Below are positions 40,051 through 51,301 of a DNA stretch of 64,000 nucleotides, piece after piece. Position numbers and translations under genes: made by a program. This DNA comes from Callorhinchus milii (Eukaryota). Positions within the stretch are counted from its first letter, which is position 1. Each line of letters begins with the position of its first letter. The DNA is taken from NCBI RefSeq assembly GCF_018977255.1, contig NW_024704742.1, forward strand, positions 108,130,001-108,194,000, given 5' to 3'. The notes beneath the pieces were generated by a model that worked only from the letters and a program-made list of their open reading frames with translations, searched no databases and was not told the origin of the DNA.

Positions 40051-40864
40051 TAACTTTAAAACTTGAACCACTTCAACTGCTGGGCTGCTTTGGACTTTCC
40101 CTTTTGTAATGAAAGCGATGAAACTGCTGGCACTAGTTTAGAAAAACCCATTGTTTCTTCTTTGCATGAATACAGTCTGCCATTGACTACATTCCTAACT
40201 GAGAACATGTCCCATGTCCTCTCACATTCCTCCACATAGTACGCTAGCAAAACCTGACTAATGTCCGAATGTCTGAACTTTCCAGCAGTCATACGTGAAA
40301 AAGTTAATTAGAAGCGATCAGACAGTCAACAGTATGTCGTACAAGAGTGATTGCAGTTGCAAAGCCTTTAAACCCTTTCTCACAAAACGGCCAAATCATT
40401 TTGCACAATGCCTCTGATCAAATATTTACTAAAGCCATTCAGCTAGAAAGTCAGCTCAGCATATTTTGTAATGTTTTTGATATACTTTCCACATGGGTAA
40501 CTGATAAATCTATGGAAAACTGGTCAAGTTTTGTGATCAGAATTGTGTCCCTTTCACTTGTGACAATTTAAGAGACAAATATTGGAGTGGAGGGGGGGAT
40601 TCAGATTCTTTTTTGCCCTTATAGGTATGTTTGGTGAAAATAAATGACAAGAATACAAGAATCCCAGTCCTGGAGAGTTTAGCTACAGGTTGACAAGAGC
40701 CAAGGCTTAAGCACATTGGGGTACTGCTGGAATTTAACCAGCTAAATCCACACAGCTTGCCATTGTGAACACTGGCAAGCTTCCCATTGTTTGTTCAGCT
40801 GGGACAACCTTGCCCATTAGGACTTTGGCTTGTGGGGTTAACAAGAAATGAGTGGGAAATATTC

Positions 40865-41005
40865 CAGCTCTCAGTGAACCTTTCATCTCAGTGGGACCTG
40901 AGCTTGAATGGTTGGGATGAGAGTCTCCTCTCTGTGTTGTAAAGGTACTGTGTGAAGTCAGTTTGCACAGGCTGGATCCAGTTCTGAGTTGGCGAGGACC
41001 CACGT
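40865..41005 (+). mobile_element. Possible LF-SINE-like head fragment
   Basis: CCTTTCATCTCAGTGGGACCTGAG..GGGATGAGAGTCTCCTC..TGTGAAGTCAGTTTG..CCAGTTC resembles a recalled LF-SINE 5' region. Confidence 0.35.
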
Positions 41006-41144
41006 CATACTCAGTGGCATTAATCGTAGTAGTTTTATTCAGTGTACAGGACAGCTGGTGGGTGTTGGCAATAGAAATGTTACAATGGTATAATAGGGAA
41101 TGATATTGTGTGAATGGGTTGTTATACCCTTTGGACAGAGTAAA

Positions 41145-41348
41145 GTTCCCATGGCACGATTCAAAAAGAGAAGGGAGTTTCTCCCGGTGTCCTGTCCAAC
41201 AAGCTCCCAGATAAAACTCGTCATTCACACCACTGTTTGTAGGACATTGATGTCTGCAAATTGCCTACTGCGTTCATTTACAAAATACACTGTCAATAGA
41301 TGTAAATTCTGTGAGGTGCTTTGAGACATCTCAACAAAGATTATTATC
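41145..41348 (+). mobile_element. DeuSINE 3' half
   Basis: TTCCCATGGCACGATTCAAAAAGAGAAGGGAGTTTCTCCCGGTGTCCTGTCCAAC plus tail. Confidence 0.8.
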
Positions 41349-43544
41349 TTTGCTCTTGTACTGACTGTGCTACATACCAAACTCGACACTGAAATTAGGA
41401 AATTTAAGTTGGACAGTGTTCCTTTCTGCAACTTCTCCTGGACAAGTGCAATAAATCACAAAATATAGCAAGGAAATCTAAATATTAAATAATAATGGCA
41501 TTTGATATAGTGCCTTTTACATCAAGAGGATGTCTCAAAGCATTTCGCAGGATTTTCTGTAAAGTATATCTTTGACAACGTATCTTAAAATCCAAGTTTC
41601 ATCCTAGAATCAACCAACCATCCTGCAGTGCCTTGGGACATCCTCCTGAGGTGAAAGGCACTATACAAATATAATTTGTTGTTGTTCTTGAGTTACATGC
41701 CTGGAACAGGAGGACTCCTTCAGTATAATTGACCCCACTTTCTCTCTCTTTCTCTCTCTCTCTCTTTATTGCTTGAACAATTATTTTACTTTTCTGCTCT
41801 TTAGCACCTTTTGTGTATCACCCATTGCCTCAATGAATAGAAAGAGTTCTGTGTTACCACTAACATGGTAAAGAGGATAAATGGCTGGATTATTGTAGTG
41901 CACTGAAGCACTGTACAAAAGGTTCATCGACTGGACCTGATGAACTTCAACACAGCTTGGCTGAGTTTTGAAGGCTTGATCAGAATATAATTAATTTACA
42001 ATTAGTCTTTGAATCTAACTAGAGAATGCACTATGGGGTCAAGATGCCATGTTCAATCTGATGGGATATATATTTTAAACTCAGCTCCTACAAGACACAA
42101 CTGCAACTATCATACAGGTATCCAATGGCTCTTACTCCGGTGTCTTTGCTGTATTGCATTGGCCCATCATGTAACTTCAGCACTGAGAATTACAAATTAG
42201 AATACAAGCCTGAACTGGGGTTCATTTTATCCCTGCTTGCTTTCATTCAGAGCACCAGCAAAGAAATAGGGATATAGGATACGTAGATAGATAAGAGTAG
42301 AGAGTTAACACTAGGACAGATCAAACAGACCGAAAGGCTTCCTGTGCAGTAAACATTCTATGATTCAAAGAGTAGAGGCTTGATTAATGCATCTCATCCA
42401 AGTACAGTTGGCCAAATACAGTTTTACATTTTAGAGTTAATCAGCCATTATGCTCGTCGACCAAGTATAGAGAAGAAATGCATCCTGAAAGTGGAAAAAG
42501 ATGAAACATACGTGTTTAACTCTTCAGACAATTAGGAAGGTTAAACGGGGAGGGGGAAGAACACTGCCATCACAAAACTAAATTATAACTGAAATGTTTC
42601 ATCAATAAGTAATTAGTTTTATGCCCTAAGTCAAGTTCTTCATAGATCATCCAAACCGTAAGAATGTCCCATAACTCTTTGTCCCTGTGGGGAGGGGGAG
42701 TCTCCTGAAGTTATGCTGCAGCAGATACAGTATATACAGTATATCCCAGTAGATAAAGCCTATTTGATAGAGTACTGACACTTGTATGCAATATTTGAGT
42801 CTTGAAAGCCTGAAATATACCAGTAGAGTTATATTACAACTGACTGATGCCATATCTGAGCAGGGAGCATTTGCTGGTGGTGTTGCTGCAAAGAGGACTA
42901 AATCCGTTTTGTGGCCCGACCACTGTCATCCATCATCTCGACAAGTACACACAACAAATTTTAATGAAAAAATCTCCAATATTATTTTTAGAAATTTGTT
43001 CAAAACACTTACTCAAAGAGTAATCTGTTAGATCATCCTCTGTACAATATTGTTATCATAGCACTTGCTGCTGAGTGCAATGTGTTATTGCTAGCAGTAA
43101 ATTACCACCTCTTGTAGCTTTTTATTCCACAACATTCACCTACGATTAAGCACAACATTGGTAAAATAAGTCATGTTGACTGAAACACCAGTTAAAGCCA
43201 GTTCCAGTGCAGCAGTAAGGACAGATCTAGTTTAAACAAACACGATTGGTATTGTTCCACTTTTGTTTGACTCTTAACTTGGCCATATAAATCAGATTGG
43301 AAGCAGAGTTTAATAGCAGACTTATACTGATGTGCGCACATAGTTTTTCTCAAATGTTACGTGTTTGTGCTTTTAACAAACAATGAAGTAATCTCGAATG
43401 CACTGATATTTCATTTGTGTAATATGTGTAATTAAGATATAAAAGCAGCATGCCATCTATCTTTAAATGCCTTTTCAATGTGAATCATCCAATAATGGCC
43501 ATGATGTGGGAATAATCGACTGTTATGGGACTTCTAGCTCATTT

Positions 43545-43720
43545 ATAATAATTATCATCCTTGAATTTGATACAGCGCTTTATCACATTGAAATGTCTCA
43601 AAGTACTTATCACAGTTTTCTGTAAAGTGTACTGACTGCATTTGTAGGTGGATGTGGCAGCCAATTTGTACACAACAATGTCCCACAAACATCCAGGAAG
43701 TGAAAGACTGATTTTTTTCT
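43545..43720 (-). mobile_element. SINE 3' half
   Basis: Tail plus GGCAGCCAATTTGTACACAACAATGTCCCACAAAC. Confidence 0.78.
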
Positions 43721-43759
43721 CATTCATTCAGAAGGCAACTCGAAAAGCCTCTGAGATAT

Positions 43760-43960
43760 AAACAACAATTCATATAGCATCTTTCACATCGGATGGCAAC
43801 TCAAACCATTCAGACAGCCTACTTAGTGCCTGAGCTGGGAGGAGGTGGGTGAGGGGAGGTGATCAAAAACATGGTCGAGGAGACGATTTAATTTGGGTTT
43901 TGAAGGTAGAAAGGGGTAGGAACCAGGCAGAGGGACTCTGGGATGGAGTTCCAGAGAGAG
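43760..43960 (-). mobile_element. L2 3' fragment
   Basis: AACAACAATTCATATAGCATCTTTCACATCGG..GGGATGGAGTTCCAGAG. Confidence 0.7.
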
Positions 43961-44069
43961 GGAACAATAAGAAATATGGAGGAAAGCGATGGAAAGTGGA
44001 ATTATAAAATGAATTTCCGTTTCTATTTTTCAGACAGGTGGCATGATTTCCTAACCCTAACCCAATTTG

Positions 44070-44385
44070 GTGAGTTTACAATTATCAAAGGATTTGATAA
44101 GGTGGATATTAATGATAGGCTGTTTCTATTTGTTGATTAGGCTAAAATGAGGGAGCATAAATATAAGATAGCCAATAATAAATCTAACAGGGTGGTTAGG
44201 AGGATATGGAAATCAATGCCAGTAGCTGCGGTTTAAGCAAAAAGCATCAATTTATTTAGGATGAAACTTAATGCATACAAGAGAAAGACGTAGAGGGGCT
44301 TGGAAGAGGGGTTTGGAGGGATGGAGGTTCATCTAAACACCAACACAGACTAGTTGGGCCAAATATTCTATGTAATTCTATGTAA
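44070..44385 (+). mobile_element. CR1 3' fragment
   Basis: IIKGFDKVDINDRLF, MREHKYK (TRGH-like), and (ATTCTATGTA)2 terminal repeat. Confidence 0.75.
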
Positions 44386-45719
44386 ATCCATAGATTGAAT
44401 TGTCTTTCATCTCACACAACATATGGAGTACATCGTTTTGTAGTGCTGGTCATCTGCATCTTTTCTGCTCACTGAATGAGTATTTATTCAAAAATAAATG
44501 TTATTCATGCATTTGTAAAAAAAAATTTACACAGCAAAAGCCTCAAAGCTATAATGTCAAATATTCATTTTTAAATTGCATTGAAAAGTAAATGTCAGAG
44601 GAATTGTCTGTGAAATATATGGACTGAAAGTTGCTGAAACTACATACAAACTCAAATCGTAAGCTTATTCCACATACTGAATTATTGATAGTCTAATATT
44701 GACAGTGTAATCTTATTTCTATTCAATATGAACTCAAATAACAAATTCTTAATTTAACACAATCAACTTACTGTATATTCTTGAGCAAAATTAAATCTCA
44801 GAGGAACTATTGCAATCTTCTTTATTACAGTAAAACCAATAAAGTTTTACTTAAAAATTGATTGCAGGGGAAACAGAAGAAACACAAAGTGTATCTTACG
44901 AAGGAACCTAGAGGTGCAGTTAAAACATTTATGATGTGATGTGGAGGGAATAGCTGAGCAGTGCTAATGCAGGGCAAAGATGCTGCAAGAAAGAATCAAT
45001 CGTCTTTCTGTCCAGAGACAGTAATTCAGAGTAATTGCAAATGTAAAATGAAAATTTTAACACAAACAGTCAGTTTGTAAGATTAGGTAGAAAACAAAAT
45101 GCAAATATTGGAAGATTATAATCTCATTGTAGTCACTAAATTTATTCTTATACAAAGTTAGATTCAAACGTTTTTAATTTAACAGCAAAACTTGATCGAG
45201 CCTGTAGCAAAGAAAACAATGAATTTTTTATTAATTGGCAAAATGACCCCATGGTACAGGCCACTAAATACAATGGAGCCTCCTTTAATAAACAAAGAGC
45301 AAGGATTAACCCTGCTGAGATCTGCAACTGGATATTCTACAGTGCCCAAATATAATTCATAATTTAACATTCAATTTTCTTCAGTGTACTATACGTGGAC
45401 TCAAATGTGTTTATATATACTTTCTATTGTGTTGTAACATCTGTATTGTGTTTTTGGCTAATATTTAAAGAAAAACTAAAGTTCATGACTGACCTCCAGT
45501 GCCTCATTTGGACACTTTCCAAAGCAATCAGTGAAGCAATCCCTCGATTAGAGGGCTCAGTACTCCACCTGAATTTCAATCCAGAAGGTCATTTGACATC
45601 AGTTAAACAGTGGTTACTATGAAAAACACAGCTATTTGGCTCAGTGGAACTAGTGAAGGCAATTTACTTTCAGCAAACAACTGTAAGGTGTGTCTTCAAT
45701 AGAAATCTTCCTGCATAAA

Positions 45720-46015
45720 TAATAATAACGATCCTTGATTTGATATCGTGACTTATCACATTGAAATGTCTTAAAGTGCTTCACAGAGGTCCTATAAAGT
45801 TAAATGATAGATGAATGTGCTCTGGATGCTAACCCATGTGAAGGGCGCTATATAAATGCAAGTTGTTGTTCTTCTTGTTGTTGAATGTGCCAGCCAATTT
45901 ATGCACATTGATGAAGTGAATGGTCACGTTTGTCTGGGGGCTTGTTGGCCAGGACAAAGGTAAGGCAAAGACTCCCTTCTCTTTTGAATAGTGCTATGGG
46001 ATCTTTAATATCCAC
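45720..46015 (-). mobile_element. DeuSINE 3' half interrupted by a plus-strand tail of a second L2 family (~45815-45883)
   Basis: SINE tail at 45720-45810 and Deu motif GAATAGTGCTATGGGATCTTTAA near 45986-46010. The insert ends GTGAAGGGCGCTATATAAATGCAAGTTGTTGTT. Confidence 0.72.
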
Positions 46016-46016
46016 A

Positions 46017-46440
46017 CAAACAACAACAACAAAATTACATTTGTAAAGCGCTTTTCACCTTGAGAGGATGTCCCAAGGTGATGAACAGTTGGGGATCAGG
46101 ACCCGAGAGTAGGGGGGCAGGGTTGGGATAAGGGAGGGCTGAGAGGTAGGAGGGTGGCTGAAGGCACGGTGGAAAAGGAGGGTCTTGAGTCGTGCCTTGA
46201 AGGAGGCGAGGGAGGAAGCAAGATGATGGGATTGTGGGATGGAGTTCCAAAGGGTGGGGGCAGAGAGGCTGAAAGCCTGGCCGCCGATGGTAGCAGGTCA
46301 GAGATGTAGGAGGGGGCAAGGCCGTGGAGGGCCTTGAAAATGAGGACAAGGATTTTGAATTCTATCCTCTGAGGGATGGTGAGCCAGTGGAGCTGGCCGA
46401 GGGTGGGGGTGATGGCATCATGGAACCTGGTGCGGAAGGG
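46017..46440 (-). mobile_element. 5'-truncated L2
   Basis: Minus ORF RTRFHDAITPTLGQLHWLTIPQRIEFKILVLIFKALHGLAPSYISDLL plus tail. Confidence 0.9.
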
Positions 46441-46764
46441 CTTCTGGCTACACCCTCTTATTTCATCATCATGTGTCCAAACTTTGGGGTATAAAAGAAC
46501 TAAACAAATATTAAGAGTTGGACACCATTGGGACATTGTTGGACACTGTGAAATATTGGATCCCATGGGGTGTGTGGGTTCATGGCTAAACAATTAGCCA
46601 AAGGATTATTGGTGTGTTGGTGTCCCCAGGGAAGGTCGAGATCAGCCTACCCTGAATCATCCTCTGCAGTTGTAAGCATGAAACTTGTAACTGTTTAATA
46701 ACTGCCTTGCTGATCCATTGTCTTTGTCCTATCTTACCACATAAAAACCTTACAATAGTCTAAG

Positions 46765-47010
46765 TTGACACTCCAGTGCAGGGCTAGGGTGTGCTGCACT
46801 GTTGAAGGTGCCATCCTTCGGATGGGACATTAAACCAAGTTCCTGTGTGCCTGTTTAAATGGAAGTTTAAGATCCCATGGGATTATTCGGAAAGAGAAGG
46901 AAGTTTCTCCCACTGGGCTAGCCAATAATTCCCCCCTGATAAAGTTGGTCATTCATTTCATGGCTGTTTGTGGGATATTGCTGTGTGCAAATTGGCTGTC
47001 ATGTTCACCT
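46765..47010 (+). mobile_element. DeuSINE internal fragment
   Basis: TGACACTCCAGTGCAG..GCTGCACTGTTGAAGGTGCCATCCTTCGGATGGGACATTAAACC..AAGATCCCATGG. Confidence 0.82.
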
Positions 47011-47601
47011 GCAGAGGTGAATGCAGAAATGCAGAGCAGCTCAGTTAGCAACTGAAGGCAGTCTGATCATTCAATAGAATAGAACGATTGAACTCGAGGT
47101 GACTTTTTACAAGATTAAGAAGGAAAGTAGGAACTGAGATAAAAGACAACAGGAAGAAATCTAAACTTCAAATAACTAAAGTCCATTTACAAAGAGGTAC
47201 TTTAGTAGATCTGAATTTTTAATCAACCTCCCGTACATTTTCTGTGTATTTTTCAGGTTATAGGCATTTGTGTTTTTTTCCTTTTATCTAAACTTAATAT
47301 AGTATTGTCTATATTGGGGGAAGGAGGGGTTTCTATATAAATATAGCTTAAGATTTTATTTCTAGTTGTCAGTATTAGTTACACCCAATGTTAAACATGA
47401 AGCTTGATTACCAACAACATCTCACTCAGGGATCTCACACTTGATGATCGACTATTAATAGCAATCTTTTCATTACTCATTTACAAAAGGAAATCAATTA
47501 TTGTTAATTTTAGAAACCTGCCCTTGAGTACACGCTTTAGTTTGAAGAATCAGAGCCATTCACGAGGGAGAAAGCAGTGACTACATGCAACAACTGTGTG
47601 T

Positions 47602-47840
47602 CTGTCTGGCTCAGTTGGTTAGTACTCCTGCCTCTAAGTCCGAAGGGTTGTGGGTTCAGGTCCCATGTCTAATTCAGTGCTGGGAGTTGCTGCATTGTTG
47701 GAGGTGCTGTCTTTCAAATGAGATGTTAAACCAAGGTTCTGACTGGCCGTTCACGTGGATTCAATTGCACTACTCGAAAAGAGAAGGAATTTTCTCCCAG
47801 TGTCCTGGTCAACAATCCCCCTAAAAAAATTGGTTATTCA
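47602..47840 (+). mobile_element. DeuSINE 5' portion
   Basis: CTGGCTCAGTTGGTTAGTACTCCTGCCTCTAAGTCCGAAGGGTTGTGGGTTCAGGTCCC head plus Deu core. Confidence 0.8.
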
Positions 47841-47862
47841 CTGTGTTGCATATTGCTTAAAA

Positions 47863-48151
47863 AATAATAATAATCCTTGCACTTTTCACGTCTTCTAGAC
47901 ATCTCAAAGCACTTCACAGGATATATTGTAAAGTAAATTGACTGTATACTTTGTGGGCAAAACGCAGCAACAGCAGTGCCCCACAAACAGTTGTGGATTG
48001 AGCGACCAAATTAATTATTGTTTTTTTTTCTTGAGGGATTATTAGCAGGAGTGTGGAGTAAGGAAACTTGCCCAAGGTTTCGCCCTGCCGGGAATCAAAC
48101 CCAGGTCTCTCGCTTGCGTGGCGAATACTCTAACCACTGAGCTACAGGACT
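47863..48151 (-). mobile_element. tRNA-Ala SINE, short form
   Basis: Same architecture as 1279-1602, somewhat more diverged. Confidence 0.9.
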
Positions 48152-48439
48152 ACATGACCTGAATTTGACTTGTGTTACTGCCATGAAACTCCCTTCCTAC
48201 CTTGTCTTCATGGATTGAGACCAGGATTCCCATTTTATCATGCCATCATTTAATGACTTAATTGGCAATTGGACATTGAAAATAATAATAATAATAATAA
48301 TGAGACAATGAGAAGCAAGCAAGCATAAAATGATTCTGGGCAAGTAACTGGTCAGATTGTGGAAGAGAGTGGAAGTGTAACGTTTAAATAAAGGAACTAA
48401 TGAATCTAAACTGTTTTGGATTTACAAATATTACACACT

Positions 48440-48745
48440 TGACTGTTTGCGAGACATTGCTGTGTGCAAATTGGCTGCTGTGTTCTCCCACAAAACACTC
48501 TACAGTATATCATGTGAAGTGCTCTGTGATGTCCTCCCAACACGAAAAGCATGAAATAATAATAATTATTATTATTTATCATTTTAATTTTTAGGGACAT
48601 TGCCACAGATTGACCACCACATTTGCCTACACCCATAGTTACTGAACTTCACAGTAAAAATCACTTTGAGACATTCGATGGCATGATAGGCGCTATGTCA
48701 ACTGTGAGGATTATTATTATTTTTATTATTATTTTATTGGTATTA
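48440..48745 (+). mobile_element. Two tandem SINE 3' halves
   Basis: GACATTGCTGTGTGCAAATTGGCTGC..(ATT)n, then GGGACATTGC..GGATTATTATT. Confidence 0.7.
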
Positions 48746-49005
48746 TTGTTTGCTGAAGCACCATGTACCCCCACATTCCAGCAAAAACAAAAATCCCCCC
48801 TCCACCCCCGGCTGAATTAAGTGACCACAGAGCACTCAGACCAGGGGAATAAGATACATTTGAGAAAAAATAATGATAAATAAATGATAGCAGAATGAGT
48901 AATGTGAAACTGAACAGCTTAACTACTGGAAGTAATTTTCGTGTAAATATGGTTGTTCATTCAGTGGTCAAAAACGATTTAAAAGCATGCATGTTATGCA
49001 CAGAT

Positions 49006-49380
49006 GTGGAGTCCTATCGCTCAGTAGTTAGAGCACTTGCCTTGCAAGCAAGAGACCAGAGTTTGATTCCCGGGATGGCAAATTGTTGGGCAAGTTTCCT
49101 TACTCCACATGCCTCTGTTTATTTAGCCGTAAGTAGGAACCTGGTTGTTACTTGATGGTCGGATCCCTTTTCCAGGGATAATAATCCTTCAAAAAAAAAT
49201 AACAATAATTGGGTCAGTCAATCCACGAGTGTGTGTGTCTCTATGTGCACAATTGGCTATTACTTTTCGCCCACACATATACAGTCAATTCACTTTACAG
49301 TATAATCTGTGAAGTGCTTTGAGACATCTGGAAGACATGAAAAGCACTATATCAAATGCAAGGATATTATTATTATTATT
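49006..49380 (+). mobile_element. tRNA-Ala SINE, long form with fuller CORE-like segment
   Basis: GTGGAGTCCTATCGCTCAGTAGTTAGAGCAC head, TTGGGCAAGTTTCCTTACTCCACATGCCTCTGTTT..GTAAGTAGG, extra ~63 nt (49115-49177), and shared tail. Confidence 0.9.
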
Positions 49381-50039
49381 TACCTTTAGCCTGCAAGTGG
49401 TTTTAGTTTTGAACATCTTATCTTAATAATGATCTTCAAGCTGTCAATTCAACTCTTTATAGGTCACTAATTGATAATTAACAATATTTATGGAAAAGTT
49501 CCATAACCTGCTGGCTTCTATTGGACCCTTCTATCAGAGTCTGTTCAAGGTTCACAAAACGCGATTGGCTGTCACTAATAGTTACTACTAACTTCTATCA
49601 GGTTCAAAACATTATTGGATGGCTCTGGGCACTGGCCAAGAGTTGGAAAAGGCACCGAGGTACATGCTGTTCTATTTTTCCTGCAGATGTCAGGAAATTT
49701 GTACTCTTGTGTTGTCAAGAATGTGTGGCTATAAAATACATGAGTATAATGAACACACATGTGCGCAACCTTGGCAAATGGGGAGTGAGCTGGAGAGATG
49801 GAGGCCTGAAGGGCGCCAAACCTTATCTGAGGGGTTTATTCAATTGCAGAAGAAGTGCAGAAGAGATGGGAATGAGATGAAAGGTTTGCTGAATCAATAT
49901 ATATATATATAATTTAGTCTAATACTCCAAAATCCTGTTAAGGTCATTTGTAGGCTATTGGGGGTTGTGGGGAGGGGGCATTCCACCTGGATTTGTATTT
50001 ACTTTATTAAAAAAATTTGGTCACACATATTGCAAGAGC

Positions 50040-50355
50040 ATTTGTTGCAGTTTGAGTACATATATGTGTTATCAGCTGGGCCAATGGAAAAGTACTTCTG
50101 CACCTTTTCCGTATTTTCTGCTACAACAACCCTCGTCCACTACAAACCCACCATAAATGTAGAAATCTGGCCCACGGGCCACTCGTGCTGTTTACCTGAG
50201 GTCACTGTGGGTGGGGCGGCTCCGGATGCGTACACACAGTGCGGCGAGACAGCAAATGGGCTTCACTCGGAGGCCCCGCTGTTGTGATTATCTCTGTGTG
50301 TGTCTGTGTGAGTGTGACTATGTCTCTATATGTGTGTGTGTGTGTGTGTGTGTTT
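50040..50355. repeat. Unclassified dispersed repeat ending in (TG)n (copy 2)
   Basis: Similar to 5345-5720; CpG-rich core at 50170-50280. Confidence 0.6.
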
Positions 50356-50409
50356 ATGGGTGTGGAGCAGACAACATGAACTTTTCTGTTTCTGAACTCC
50401 AAATACTAC

Positions 50410-50782
50410 ATCCTGTAGCTCAGTGGTTAGAGCACTTCCCTTGCAAATGAGAGACCTGGGTTTCATTCCCAGGCAGGACGAAATGTTGGGCAAGTTTCCT
50501 TACTCCACACGCCTCTGTTTAGCTAGCAGCAAGCAGGAACCCGGTTGTTTGCCGATTGGCGGATCGCTTTTCCGGGGGAAATAATTCCTTCAAAAAAAAA
50601 TAATAATGATAAATAAGTCACTTAAATCCACGACTGTAGGACGCTGCTGTGCACAGTTGGCTGCTGTGTTTTGCCCACAAAATATACAGTCAATTCACTT
50701 TACAGTATATTCTGTGAAGCGCTTTGAGATGTCTCGAAGACTTGATAAGGTGCTATATCAAATGAACAGATTATTATTATAA
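50410..50782 (+). mobile_element. tRNA-Ala SINE, long form
   Basis: TCCTGTAGCTCAGTGGTTAGAGCAC head; extra segment at 50515-50578 homologous to 49115-49177; tail. Confidence 0.9.
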
Positions 50783-50883
50783 TACTACATGTTCTCTGAA
50801 TCATAGAATGTTACAGCTATAAACAAGCCTTTTGGCTGATTACATTTCTACATTAGCCACCTAATCTAATCCTGCTCTGCTAA

Positions 50884-51301
50884 GCCTGGCTCAATTGGTA
50901 TTACTTTCGCTTCTGAGTCAGAAAGTTGTGGTTTCTGAGGCCCACATCAGGACTTTGAGCTCAAAGTTGAGGCAGACACTCCAACACAATATTGGGTGAA
51001 TGGTACATTGTTGGAGGTGTCATCAACTGGATGACAAATGAAACTGAGCCCGTTAAGATGGACTTTAAAAATCCCATGGCACTATACGAAGAGAGAAGGA
51101 AGTTTATCCCAGTATGCTGATCATCAATCCTCCAGATAAAATCACTTTAATTTTACTTTGCAGTTTGTGACTGTTTGTGGGACATTACTGTGCACAAATT
51201 GGATTCCCCACAGTCATTGTACAATAAATCCTTTGAAGCACTTTGAGACGTCCTGCTGACAAGAAAGGCACTATATCAAATGTAAGTATTATTATTATTA
51301 T
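50884..51301 (+). mobile_element. Near full-length DeuSINE (SacSINE1-like)
   Basis: GCCTGGCTCAATTGGTA..CTGAGTCAGAAAGTTGTGG head, GACACTCC..GGAGGTGTCATC, AAATCCCATGGCACTATACGAAGAGAG, and shared tail plus (ATT)n. Confidence 0.85.
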
